A stretch of 64,000 bases of DNA from the human T2T-CHM13v2.0 reference genome, Homo sapiens. Shown one piece after another: positions 1 through 13,043 of this stretch. The position numbers were made by a program, and so were the translations under genes. A model generated the notes under the pieces. It had not been told where the DNA came from, ran no database searches, and saw nothing but the letters and a program-made list of their open reading frames with translations. The first letter of the stretch is position 1. Every line of letters starts with the position of its first letter. The stretch is from assembly GCF_009914755.1 (NCBI RefSeq), contig NC_060930.1; one strand, 5' to 3'.

Positions 1-600
1 TGACCCTAAGCACCCATCAAATGCCCAGAGGCGCTTAGGGGAGGAAGCAGAGCCAGTCCTCAGGCACTAACCTTGGAGCAAAGAGTCATGGGAGAAAAAA
101 GACACCCCGTTAGGGAGGCCACCCAGCCTCACCTCCACCCTGCACTCCTTATACTCCCAGATAGGATAGCACTGGTCTCCCAGCAACTGCGGCTGTAGCC
201 ACTAACTCACATGCTCCTTTGTCCATACTCCTGCAGGGGGAAACGGTGCCAGTTTCAACTCAGAGTTTGGAGAGGGCTTGCAGCGGGGAAGTGAAATTAA
301 AGTGACTGTGCGTGAGGTCCCTTGGGTCAATTCAATGTATTGTTGTGGCTTCCACATCTGAATGTATAGAGAATGGATGTGTTACCTGCTTGCAGTTCTC
401 AGTCCCTCCAGTGTCAGAGGGGTTCTCCCTTTCGGAGTCGGCAGCATATAGAAAGGTGCCAATGGGACATCACTCCACCACCACCTGGACGCCTGCCTCC
501 CTGTCCCCTCCCAGATGGTCAGTAGACGGGAAAAGGGAAGTCACTAAGAACATGGCTTTTTAAAAACAAAAAAGTAGCTATTAACCTCCTACTGAGCACT

Positions 601-1464
601 TGTTGAAGCTGGAGGTCTTGTGATAATTCCCATTTGGCACTGGGTCACCTCAGACTCAGTAACTAACAAGATGGGAAGCCTCACTTCCTAACAAGCCTCA
701 CTTCCTAAGTGAAAAGGATCTAGTCAAGAACACAGAAAGGTCCTAAATTGTCTTTACCCAGATCTTTCCTGTTTTGTTTTGTTTTGTTTTGTTTTGTTTG
801 AGACGGAGTCTCGCTTGCTCTATCGCCCTGGCTGCAGTGTAGTAGCATGATCTCAGCTCACTGCAACCTCCGACTTCCCAGTTCATGCAATTCTCCTGCC
901 TCAGCCTCCTGAGTAGCTAGAATTACAGGGGTGTGCCAGCAAGCCCAGCTAATTTTTGTATTTTTAGTAGAGACGGGGTTTTACCATGTTGGTAAAACAG
1001 GCTGGTCTCGAACTCCCGACCTCAGGCGATCTGCCTGCCTCAGCCTCCCAAAGTGCTGGGATTACAGGCATAAGCCACCACACCTACCCTACCCAAATCC
1101 TTTCTGAGGGGTGTATTTCCGTGAGCAACTTTGAGGAGTGAAGTAAAGTCTCAATCTAAGTGAAAGCATTTTTCTTACTTACTGCTTGCTACAAAATCAT
1201 GGGGTCCTCCCTATTGCTCAGTTGAACACAAACCCATTATCTGTGTAGCATCTATCTGGACCCTGCACATTACCCTGGGACTTGGGGACAAAGGAACTCA
1301 CACAAGCATAATGATGCTTACACTATTTATTGTGCGATGAGTAATACAGTCTTTTGTCCTCACCCTGAAATTTCATGTTTTCTGCCATTAGCCACACAAC
1401 TATAACAGTCTAACCCATTAACTTGTGGGAAAGGCAAAACCTCAGAACAATCACAGTTCTTGAT
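601..1464 (+). mobile_element. ERV1 solo LTR, MER90/MER89/MER110-like, interrupted by an Alu
   Basis: The 3' end (gagtaatacagtcttttgtcc...aaaacctcagaacaatcacagttcttgata) resembles the MER90/110 terminus. Confidence 0.6.
771..1089 (-). mobile_element. AluS with (GTTTT)n tail
   Basis: Alu consensus; near-identical TSD tacccagatctttc / tacccaaatcctttc. Confidence 0.95.
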
Positions 1465-1547
1465 ACTGGGTCCAGGAAGCGGTGGGAGGAAAGAGCTGAC
1501 ATTCAGCAAAGTGAGTGATCACGTTGACGCGTCATTCACTTAGGATC

Positions 1548-1994
1548 ATTTCTTTTTCTTTTCTTTTCTTTCTTTCTTTTTTTTTTTTTTTTTTGAAGTT
1601 GTATAACTTATTTGACAATCAGCACTTAGTTCTTATTCACATTGACTGTAGATTTCTGAAAGTGGCAACAGGTGCATAGGTAACCAATGTACAGACCTTG
1701 TTTGGCTCATTTCTGAACCACACATGGCATGGGACATTCCTCATTCCTTTGGCCCGGAAAGCTTTGCTGAGCTTAGTATGAATGTGTGTAATGGGAGTTC
1801 CCCTCTCCTTCAGGACAAATTTCTGGCCCTCTTTGAGTGCCCCAAGGGGTCTGTTTCTTGAAGCCCACTCTGCGAATGAGCTTGTGAATGTCGATGGTTT
1901 AGTCTCTGGTCACCACCTCATTGAGGGCAGGTGGCCCTTCTTGCCACCTTACTATTCAGAAACCATTTTTGCCAGGTCCAGATAGAAAGGAAGA
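1548..1994 (-). pseudogene. Processed pseudogene of ribosomal protein L31 (eL31); copy number unknown
   Basis: The reverse complement is colinear with RPL31 mRNA with no introns. It has a pyrimidine 5'TOP-like start (TCTTCCTTTC), ATG at 1966-1964, and segments such as CACCATCGACATTCACAAG-like, GGGCCAAAGGAATGAGGAATGT and TTGGTTACCTATGCACCTGTT. TAA is at 1628-1626, followed by a degenerate polyA signal and a decayed A-tail at ~1548-1594. It is disabled by an early stop (ATG GTT TCT GAA TAG), indels and a deletion near the RNEDEDSP segment. No clear TSD. Confidence 0.93.
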
Positions 1995-2157
1995 TTGCAG
2001 GGGACTGGGTGAGAGGGAAAGCAGAGATTGCAAGTACAACTTCTGCATCAGCTGGAGGCAGGAAAAGTTGGAGGCGGGGGCGGCCTTTGCACGTTAAAAA
2101 GGGGGCTAGTTAAAGAGAGATTATTTCTACCACCCCTTAAAAATGAATGCCACATAA

Positions 2158-2776
2158 TGGAATTTCCAACTGTACATCAGGTGGATAGATGGGAGAAATG
2201 CACCACCCCTTCCCTCATGCGTGAGACGGCTGACACATCCCTCAAACAACGTGGAGGCGGTCATCATACAAGGCAGTGGAGAGCAGTAGAAAAGGCTTGG
2301 GCTGTGGATTTGGACTGATCTTGTTTTAATTCCTGGTTTTGCCATTAACTCTGGGAACTAAATTATCTAGGGCCCCAGAACCTCATGTTTCTTCATCAAT
2401 CCAATGGAAATGTTATCTCATGAGAATTACTTGTATTTGTTGTTATCTCATGAGAATTACACACGTATTCGTTGTCATGGGAATCACCCAGCCCTGAGTG
2501 GATGCCTTAGTGTTGGAGTCCTCCTCCTTTCCCTCACCTCCTACTCCACCTAGAAAGGACGTGCACCCTGCCTCACAGCCCCCAGCGGTGACATCCTCTT
2601 TTCTCTCTGTCATTCACACCCGCCCACCTCCCACGCAGACTCGTGGGGGAATTTGGTCCACATCAGCACAGAAGGTCTTTTCTTCTCATGCCCACATGTT
2701 GGGGAACCACCCATTTGCTGGCTGTGTCTGGGAGAGGCTAGTGATCATGACAAAGCCTGACGTGCAGGGACTTTCC
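2158..2776. promoter_or_regulatory. Candidate NF-kB-responsive enhancer
   Basis: TGGAATTTCC (2158-2167, IL8-type kB site) and canonical GGGACTTTCC (2767-2776) directly after TGACGTG (2758-2764); locally GC-richer, mostly unique sequence. Motif evidence only. Confidence 0.4.
2270..2430. mobile_element. MIR fragment
   Basis: MIR core-like sequence (cctcatgtttcttcatcaatccaatggaaat). Confidence 0.55.
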
Positions 2777-4329
2777 CTCGTCTGATGGCGGCAGCCCCTT
2801 GTCTTCAGCCTTCCTCCTGCAACTTCAGTTCTGAGCCAAAAACAAGGCTGAGAAAAGCCTGACCTCCAGTTTCTACCCTGGTGTAGGGGGTTGGAGTCAC
2901 TTTTCTGGGCCCCCACAATCGTTGCTAGATGGAAAATATGCACCCTTCAGTGCTCCTCCCAGCTCCATCTCCTTCCTTGCCTTCTCCCCCATCCTTCCTT
3001 GGCTTCCAATCCCCTTCCAGACAGAGCAGAGAGGCTGGGCCTTCAGGAGAGGGGGCAGAAGGGCTTTCTGAGCTCCCTGAGTGCTTGTCCTCCTGCCACA
3101 GACCTCTTCTAGGCTGCTTTGAGTTATTGTTTATTTTTGACCAAGGTGTAAGTTCCTGGAGAGTCTATTTTACTTACCTCTCCTCCATAATGCATAGTAA
3201 AGCACTCTGCATGTCACAGGCACTTTGCGACAATTTGACACTGGCTGCATCACCTCAGTCCCAACTTTTGCTACTTTGGACCTGTTCCCCAGGAAACACA
3301 GGCATGGAAGGGACCTCAAGAGGTCATCTGTGTCGTTCTTTTCAGAACAGGCAGGAAAAATGTTACCGCAGAGGCAACCGCAGCCAAGGGAGGGTAACTG
3401 ACCTGTCCCAGGTGGGACAGCTGGCAATGGAAAGGGGGCGTAGAGGCAGGGATTGTCATGGCGCTCTGTTCTTTGAATTATATTGAACTATAATTTGCCT
3501 TGACAACTATTGAGTTGACTAGAGTAAATCTTCCCAGAAACCACTGGCAAGAACATCCACTAAATGCTATTTGCAAGAAATGCATTAAAAGACATTCATC
3601 AGTGAAAAGAGAGACTCCAGCTGCCCAGAAAAGCCTGATGAAGTTTGCAAAGGGCAAGAGTAGAAAAAAAGTTACTTTGCCTTTTCCGTAAAGTAAAGCC
3701 AAGTGCCAACCGGCACTCAACACTGAGACCTCCTCCTTGGGGCCTCCTTTCTTTAGGCCAAAGAGGAGCTTCAGAAGAAGCAAGAAATGAATGTTTATAT
3801 GTTTTTCTCTCGAGTCTAAACCATGCTTTTCATCCCCCAGGTTTCCTCTGCTTTTTTCACTTTTTCGTATTTCTTTTTCCCAACAGAGATGGCAGTGAGG
3901 AAGAGCCCACATGTCATGGCCATACCACCTCCATTTGGTGTTAGAACAGATTTCAAATTCCTTTGTTTTGTTTTTATTCCATGGTGCTTTTTCCATAAGT
4001 GGTGGTTTCTATTAAATCCATAAAACAGTCATTTGCAGATGGTCTGGCATTTTTTTCTTTGTCATAAAATATTATATGCTACTAACAAGGTTAACTTCAT
4101 CCACTTGATATTTTCATTGGGTATATATATTTTAACTCTGAGTCATAAGAAAATAATATGGCAGACAAAATATACATTTCCTGAGGCAATGAGAAGGAAG
4201 ATTTGAAACACAGATTTCACTGAGTTGGGCCTGCCCACTACAGATATTAATAATTTCCTTTTGTAGACTATTTGAAGCCTATTCTATGAATATATTATAT
4301 AACCCTACAATTTCAATGCTGGAAAAAAT

Positions 4330-4450
4330 GTCAGAATTCATTCCTTTCCATCATCTAATTTTCCAGAAGAGGAAACTGAGGCTTGGGCGTGAAATTAATT
4401 GTCTGAAGCCTCCTCGTAGTGTCAGAGGTGGGACAAGAAATCCAAGTTCT
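4330..4450. mobile_element. MIR fragment
   Basis: gaggaaactgaggct core motif. Confidence 0.65.
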
Positions 4451-4589
4451 TCATTTTTAAGTGAACTGTCTCTGAAAAAAATAAAACAAAATATTGCTCA
4501 GTAACAATGTACTACTAATGCCTTCTTATAGTAAGCCCTCAGTGAATATGTCTTTTGAGTACTTGATTCATGGAAACAGTAAAAAGTCA

Positions 4590-5596
<1,007 letters not shown>

Positions 5597-5839
5597 TAAA
5601 GACTTCCAATTTTTAAATCACTGGTAAACGGGTCAAGAGAAAAAGCAAGGGTTTTCTGTCGTAACCCATTGTAACCCATTGCCACAATATGTCCTTTTCC
5701 TCACCTATCCACCTGCAAATGCACCTTTCAAGGTTTTCTTAATAAGAAAGGGAAGAGAAGTCACTATGCTTTAACTTCACTAGCATCTTTCCCATCCTAA
5801 TATCTGGGCAGTTTCTTCACACAAACCCTCAAGAAGGGA

Positions 5840-5975
5840 CTATAGAGTAAGAAAACTAGAATGTGTGATGCATGGGGGCAGGGATCTTTGTCTGTTTTGT
5901 TCACTGGTGTTTCCCAAGTTCACAGAAAAGGTGTCTGACACATAGTAGATGATCAATAAATATCTGTAAAATTAA
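5840..5975. mobile_element. L2 3' end fragment
   Basis: ggcagggatctttgtctgttttgttcactg...catagtagatgatcaataaatat. Confidence 0.75.
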
Positions 5976-6149
5976 GTGAAAGCCATAAGTAAGAAATTAG
6001 CTTTTAAAAAGATATCTGTTGTATGAAATGTGGTCTAAAATGCTGTAACTGCACAATTATTAATGGTCCATTAAAAATACAGAAAATAAAAAATAAACAA
6101 ACTGATTTTCAAAATAAATATATCAGAGCTCGTATACTCAAATCAGTGT

Positions 6150-6927
6150 AAGCCTTCCAAATTAGTACTCCTGGCAGGCACACACTTCATTCAACCCTGA
6201 TGTTACTACTCTAGATAATTTTAGAATTGTTCACTTAAAATTTTTTAGCACTTACAGGATCAGATCCAGACATGTAAAATGAGACCTTCGTGATCGAGGC
6301 CTCCAACTGTTTCCTCTAAACCACTTTCCTCGAGACAAATGTCTTCTTGCTGGAAACCTTCCCCCTTCTACTCCCATTCCTCATCCATCTAAGAAATTCC
6401 AATTCCTCCATAAAATCCTATCTTCAGAGACACGTTCCCTGAAAACCCTTTTCTTACCGTCATATCACCACCTCCCTGAGAGAGAATTCATCATTTTTTG
6501 GTCCTGCATTTGTTCCCTATTTTTACCCTTATCATGATGAGCTGTGTCTACGTGTTTATCTCGTTGTTCTCTAGATTAGCCTGTGAGCTTCTCAAAGGCA
6601 GGAGTCTTGTATCATTCGTCTCCATATCCGCAGAGCTGCCTACAGAGCTGCTAGCTCAATAAGTGCCTGTTGAATTGAATGGGATAGAACAGAACTGTAA
6701 TTAAGTCCAAAGTCATAAGACATATTCCTTTTCATAATCTCAGTGCTGGCAAATCTCAATGCTTTGAGGCTGGATATGTGACTGAAAAAGATCAAAGTCA
6801 TTTAGTACCTACTTTGATGAACAAAGTGGGTAAAAATGCACTGAGCAATGCTATTTTATACAAGTCCAGAAATGTCTACCGCTAAGGAGATGAATGGTCT
6901 TATATGTCTCACCAGGAAAACAGGTTC
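6150..6927. mobile_element. MARNA (Tc-Mar) fossil split by an L2 fragment (~6250-6680)
   Basis: MARNA-like blocks at 6150-6245 and 6700-6927; L2 3' end (ctcaataagtgcctgttgaattgaat) lies between them. Confidence 0.55.
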
Positions 6928-7643
6928 AAAAATCAGTCTTAATATTGTATAACTAAATTCATACCTATTACAAAATGCTTACATATGTAGACAATAGAAT
7001 CTGGTTATCGCAATAATTTGTTCAACCATGTATTCAATAAAGTTGTTTTTATTAAATGTAATAAGCCTAGCACTGTCTAGGTCTGAGGTATTGCAAGAAT
7101 AAAAAGACAAGGTCCTGTCCCTAAGGAACTCACATTCAAGGGGTGGAAGAAGAGCTACACAGTTATCACACTAGTCAAACTATAGTAAGTGACAAATAAA
7201 GGTGTAAACACTATACTTTGGGACTATAGATTCTGGAATTTTTCATCTTAACTGGGAAGGTATAAGAAAGGATACTCATTGAATTGCTATCTTTGGCCAA
7301 CCTCAGCTGCATATGTCTAGGGGATAGTGTAGATGATGTGTAGTGAAAGTTGAAACTGGAAAAAAAGAAGGTTTAGGCCAGACTGTGACAGCATCTCAGT
7401 GCTGATCTAAGGCATCATTCTGTGGGGAAAAAAAAAAAAAAACAAAAAAAAAACCACAAAAAACATGAAGCTGTTGGAAGTTTCTAAACTCATAGCAACT
7501 ACCAGACCTGAGATTCAGGAAGATGACTCTGTTGTCAGTGTGGATGACACGTAGAGGATGATCAGAATAAAGGTGAGATCAGAGAAGCATGAGAAGAAGG
7601 AAGCCCAGTTATGGAAGGCATTCACGTAGGCCCACGATCCTAA

Positions 7644-7979
7644 CAGTTTCTCTCACGAGCCCTTTACACTCTTAAAAACTACTGGGAACCCGGAGAGTTT
7701 TCACTGTTGTGGGTTATATCTATTTTTAATACATTATAAGTATAACTTGAGACAAATTTAAAACACAAGAATGCCTAAGGACACTTTCCATTAGCCATCA
7801 GAGATAGGACATCCCATGTCCTGTAGCTTCTAAAACACTCCACTTTCTACTTCTTAAAGAATGAAGGTAAACAAGGAAAATAACGTTTTACTATTACTAT
7901 GAAAATATTTTCACATCACAGACCCCCTGAAAAGGTTTCAAGGATGCCAGGGATGTTGGGAACACTTTGAGAACCATTG
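7644..7979. mobile_element. hAT-Charlie (Charlie4-like) non-autonomous DNA transposon
   Basis: ccctttacactcttaaaaa...gtgggttatatcta internal motif; terminal repeat tttgagaaccattg. Confidence 0.7.
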
Positions 7980-7981
7980 AT

Positions 7982-8140
7982 CTGGATATATGACTGAAAA
8001 AGACCAAAAGCCATTTGGTACATACTTTGATGAACAAAGTGGGTAAAACTGTGCTGAGCAATGCTATTTTATGCAAACCCAGAAATGTCTACAAATAAGG
8101 AGATTAATGGCTTTATATGTCTCATCAGGTAACCAAATTC
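7982..8140 (+). repeat. Local direct duplicate of 6770-6927
   Basis: About 23 differences in ~159 bp (~85%) by manual alignment. Confidence 0.9.
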
Positions 8141-9502
8141 CCGTTAGACAATAGGCCCAAAGCAGAGATAGAAGAGAAGAAAAAATAACCAATCAATTAC
8201 ACTTCAGAGGTAACCTTGGTAGGAACTGGTGACAGATTGAATTAGTGTGGGGTTGGATGGGGTGGTTTGGGAGCAGATGAAGGAAGAAAGAAGAGCTAAA
8301 AATAGCTCTCAGAGTTTTATTTCGGGGAACTGTGCGATTTTTTGCCCCAGCTTCTCCAATATTTACATATGTAAATATTTAATAAAATTAAAATTTGCGT
8401 ATGCTTACATAATACTTTTAAACTGCGGCTTGGTTGTTTGGTCTTCTTATTGAGATTCTTAAGCAACCCCATGGTATTCTACCCAGAAATTTTCTTCCTC
8501 CTACCAGCAAAGTACCAAGGATAGTAAGGACTTGGTATAAATGGTTGATGAATGAATGAGCACCAACCTAGATACATATAATACATAATTTTCCGAGCCC
8601 TCAGATGAAAAATATAAATGTGCAAACTTCTACTCTTAAACAATGAATCACCTTTTAAGTATGTATTGAAATTATTTTCATAAGGGGGCACCCCTCACCC
8701 TCCAGTCCAAGAACAATAGTACTAAACCCACTTTAAGAAACACCCATCACTTAACTGTGCCTTTTTTGAAGTAGGGTGTGTCCATTTAATTAGTTTTAAT
8801 TTAAAGACCAATTAACAAGGTTTCAACATAGAACAACATAATAAAAATCGATTTTTTTATTTCCTGAACTACTGAATCATCTCTGATGATTCTGACTGGA
8901 TCTGAATTTATTTGTACAATACAATTTTATTCCAAAGTGTTTACGAAAACCACATTTTAGTTCTTTCCCTACTTGGTTCCACACCCTTCTGTGTTTTAGC
9001 CCATTAACCTCAATAAACCTGCTCAGTTTGCCATTTGATTTCAGTCAGATGCCTTATTCCATTTTTTCTGTCCTGCAACCATAATGTGACGACAATCTGG
9101 GTACAATTGCAGAATCCCACGCTACGCCACAGGACATGGTGTGGCCATTCACGTGCCTTAACAGTTCAGAAACATTTGCTCAGAACATGAAGAGCCAGGA
9201 TGAGACCTTAGCCCATGTTCAACGACGTGCCTTCTCCAACCCTCCATGTGGCGGATCCTGCAGTGTCAGAGAGGGCTTGTCATTTCCTGATCACCTTGTG
9301 CACGTCATGCTTTTGTGCTTTTCCTCATGCTCTTCCCTTCATCTGGTTTGTTTTTCCCTCCTTCCTCTTTCCTTCTTTCAAGGTACAGTTCAAATGACGC
9401 TTGCTATGGGAAGTCTTCTCCGGTGCCTCTGGCCTGGTTTAGCCACTCACTTCCCATAGCTCCTGCTCACAGCTCTTAGGAGTTTCACAGTCCTTTAGCT
9501 CA

Positions 9503-9635
9503 TGACTCATTAGGCTGTGGGCTGCTTTTAGCCATAACGTCATATGTGTAATCAGCCCTTCATAATTATTGCTTCAATGGAATTGACACCCAACCAGATA
9601 GTAGGAGAGATAAGCTCAAACCTCCTGACTCAGCA
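9503..9635. promoter_or_regulatory. AP-1 and NRF2/NF-E2 (ARE) motifs
   Basis: TGACTCA at 9503-9509; perfect TGACTCAGCA at 9626-9635. Motif only. Confidence 0.3.
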
Positions 9636-10069
9636 CATGTGCACAAGTTTCCCAAATCCCTAGTCCACATTAGATCTTTTTCCTTGTCAATAAGAAAAAG
9701 CTTCTCTTAAGAATTATTAAACTTCCAATTCACCTTCTCAGAGTGGATAATAAGAAAGCTTTTATGGTGGGGTGGCAGGGTGGGGAATAGATATGAGATC
9801 CACAACAATGAGTGGGGTATGTAGGTGTCTCCAAATACTTCCTACTTGGCATAGGTCTAGCCCTTTATCCAAGCACACTAACTTACTTTGTGAACAAATG
9901 CTATGAGATCTATCACAGTCCCAGGAATATAGTGTGTCTGAACTCATCTCTGAGCCTTTGCTTACTTTACTCCCTCAATCCGGACTGTCCGTCAGCCATT
10001 CCTTCACTTCTCCCTTTAAGACCAAGTTCATATGGCTTTCCTTCCAGCTTCCTCAACCAGAATCAGAAA

Positions 10070-10480
10070 TGTTAGCACTGGAACTTCTACTCTATTGCTC
10101 ACACCCTTAATTACCAAATGAGGGACTGAGGCCAGTGAAGTTAGGTGACTTGTCTAGGACCACATAGCTGCCCTGGAATTCAAATCGAGTGGCTTGCAAT
10201 CCTACCTTCTTTTAATCATATCCACTTCAATCTTGACTCACTTTGTTTCTCTCAACTCAATATCTGGATAGAGTTGTTTCATGTGGATAGATGTGTCATT
10301 TCCACCATTTGGTAAAACATCCGGGCACAGGATTATGGGTGGATATGATGCAGTGAAAGACACATGGCATCTGGAGTTAAACAAACCCAGACTCAAGAGC
10401 ATCCCACGGTCTAACTGTGTGACCTCGGGAGAGTTATGCAAACTTCTGAGCCTCTATTTCCTCATCAGTAAAATAGTAAA
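10070..10480. mobile_element. Two MIR fragments (~10070-10200, ~10330-10480)
   Basis: aaatgagggactgaggcc and ctgtgtgacctcggg...ctgagcctctatttcctcatc cores. Confidence 0.65.
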
Positions 10481-11697
10481 ACACAAGTGGGGCCAGTGAA
10501 GTGCCAGGAGGTTGGACAAGCTATCAGAACCTCAAAACGACGTGCTGCGTGGACAAGGGCACGTGTCTCACACTCACTGGCCTAGAGTGGGGTGGCCATA
10601 TCTGCATGGTCCCCTTTCAGTTCTAAACAGTTCCTTGACTCAGGGATTCAGGGTAGTGTCTACTAAAGTAAAACACCAGCTTGTTTTCAAGAAGGGAAAT
10701 GTTGATGCTGCCTCTGCATAGAGTCATAGGGAAGAACAACAGATAGCCTGCCAAAGATATGGTCCAAAACATAAAAATAAAACATGTCAGCTCACTGCCA
10801 AAGTGACTTCAAAATAGTCAGGATCTTAAGTAGTTCAAAACCCTAAAGACTGATCTTGTGGTCAAGGGCATCAACCTCACAGTGCCGCTGTTTCAGTCCT
10901 CTTCCCCTGACCGAGGGCCACGTTTCCTCTTGACCAGATGTGATATCCTATGACCCTTACCTCTGTGTCCCTACGCATGGAATTTTATTTTTAATCATTT
11001 GAAAGCAGAGTAAGCACAAAGCCTGCTCACTGAACCCTGGGTCAGACCATGTCATATATCTACTTTAAAAAAAAAAAAGTACTCTCTTTTATTAAAAAAT
11101 AGAAAAGGAAGCCCTAAGAATGTTGTATGTTTTCTGTGTTTATATTCACATTGTGAAATGGGTAAAATAATACTAAACCCTTAATGGTGGTAACCTCAGG
11201 AGGGTGTGTAGAGATGAAATGATTGTCTTTCTTTACCTCTTAGAACTCTGAATGATACCAATGAGCATGCAGTTGTTCTGGTATTTTATCAAATAAATCA
11301 AATCATTACTTTTTAAAAAGAAAAAAAAATTTTCCTTTCAGTTGCTAATAAAACAGATATTGGTTGCTGGGAATTTTTTTTTTATCTTCAACTAGACTCC
11401 ACTTCCCCCAGAAAGGTACCAAAAGCAGTTTAGGAGAAGATGGACAACTTGATCTCAGGTTTACTAAATTAGCAATAAACTTCAACTTCTCAAAAGTCTA
11501 TGGTAAGAGTATTCAAGTCCCCTTTGCTTCTTGATTTTTAAACACAGTTATGTGCAGATTCACTTTTCCCAATCAATAAACAACGTCTCTTTATTACCTA
11601 AACTGGATAATTCCAGAAGTCAACAGGCAGCCAAATGGCAGTTTCTCATTTCTTTGAGATCACTGCTGATTGCTCCCTCTCCGGCTTCCTTGGAGCC

Positions 11698-12070
11698 TGT
11701 TGTGGACACTGTTGGCGTCTTGCCCAGTTCCTTCACCAGGCAGTGCCTCCACCCCACTGCTGTGGTGAGTGGCGGCTGCTGGTGGCTCACAGCTGCCTCC
11801 TTCTCGGAAGAACCGTGCTCAGCTCCTGGGAGGTTGCTGCCTCCAGGAGGTGATGTGCCTCCGGCAAGGCCCTGGCGGAGCTGCAGAGCACAACCCCCCT
11901 GCTGGATGGGGGCCACGTATGGGGCGCCCCGCACGTTGCAGAGCCACCCTTGGGCTTCCGCAAAAGCCGCGTCTTTGCTTCTTCTCTTGCTGTTTCCTCA
12001 CTTCGGTAGAGGCTTCTCTCTCAATAAATCACTTACATGAGATAAGTAAATCACTCTCTTCAGGCCTAAA
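11698..12070 (+). mobile_element. ERVL solo LTR, LTR16 family
   Basis: tgttgtggacactgttgg start, ggctcacagctg motif, AATAAA near the 3' end; explains the GC-rich ORFs at 11531-12095. Confidence 0.7.
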
Positions 12071-12697
12071 ACAGCTGGGCTTTTGGTTACCCTAATGAGG
12101 AGCATTTTCATATAAAGTTATAGTTGATTAAAACTTAAATTCTTTAAAACTTAAAAATTAATATGGAAAAAAAATAGCTCACTATCCATCCCACCTTAGC
12201 CTCCAGTTCACGTGTGAGGAAATCTAAAATGTTCTTCAGATTCACAGCAACATCCAAGCTCCAAAGGCAGAGAAATAAGGATAAAATGCAATTATTATGC
12301 CTGGCCTACATAGTGGGTATTTAATAAACATTTCACAACTAAAAAAATTTTTGCCAAAATTTACTTGATTGGAAATAATGCCCAATTCAAGAATCAAAAT
12401 GGCTGATTGTTGAATGTTTAAAAATGTTTTTGTGACTTTTACATAATTTTTTTGGAACCCAGAATACCCACTTAACATGTAGGAGTAACATATAGGTTTA
12501 CGGAATAGGAAGAAAGGAGCTTGGGCCACAGTCCAGTCTTCAACTAGCCACCGTCAATTCCAACACAACTCCATCTCCATAATCCTGTACTGTGGCCCAC
12601 AGGAAAGAGTGGAGCCTTACTGGGTACCAAAAGAATACTTTGCCTCTCTGAATGCACCTGGAGGGCAAGATTAACATTTGTATAAAATAATAATGAC

Positions 12698-13043
12698 AGA
12701 CGGGTGTGGTGGCTCATGCCTGTAATCCCAGCACTTTGGGAGGCCGAAGCGAGCGGATCACCTGAGGTCAGGAGTTCAAGACCAGCCTGGCCAACATGGC
12801 AAAACCCCATCTCTACTAAAATTACAAAATTTTAGAATACAAAAAATTACAAAATTTTAAAATACAAAAATTAGCCGGGCGTGGTGGTACATGTCTGTAT
12901 TCTCAGCTACTCAGGAAGCTGAGGCAGGAGAATCACTTGAACCCAAGAGGCAGAGGTTGCAGTGAGCTGAGATCATGCCACTGCACTCCAGCTTGGGGGA
13001 CAGAGTGAGACTTTGTCTCGAGAAAAAAAAAAAAGAAAGAAAG
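12698..13043 (+). mobile_element. AluS with duplicated central A-rich linker
   Basis: TSD aaataataatgaca on both sides; linker aaaattacaaaatttta..atacaaaaa occurs twice. Confidence 0.95.

Larger units (their letters stand above)
7010..8330. mobile_element. L2 element interrupted by a Charlie element and a duplicated segment
   Basis: L2-like sequence at 7010-7635 resumes at ~8150-8330. Confidence 0.6.

Noticed and set aside
1510-1540. Small hairpin with TGACGCGTCA palindrome
   Set aside because: About 30 nt, too short and imperfect for a pre-miRNA; a single motif without support.
2929-3996. Longest ORFs: 2929-3486 (+, 185 aa) and 3478-3996 (-, 172 aa)
   Set aside because: No recognisable domain, composition typical of non-coding DNA, and no supporting gene structure; lengths are attainable by chance.
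11531-12095. Overlapping 60-169 aa ORFs
   Set aside because: Explained by the GC-rich LTR16 element.
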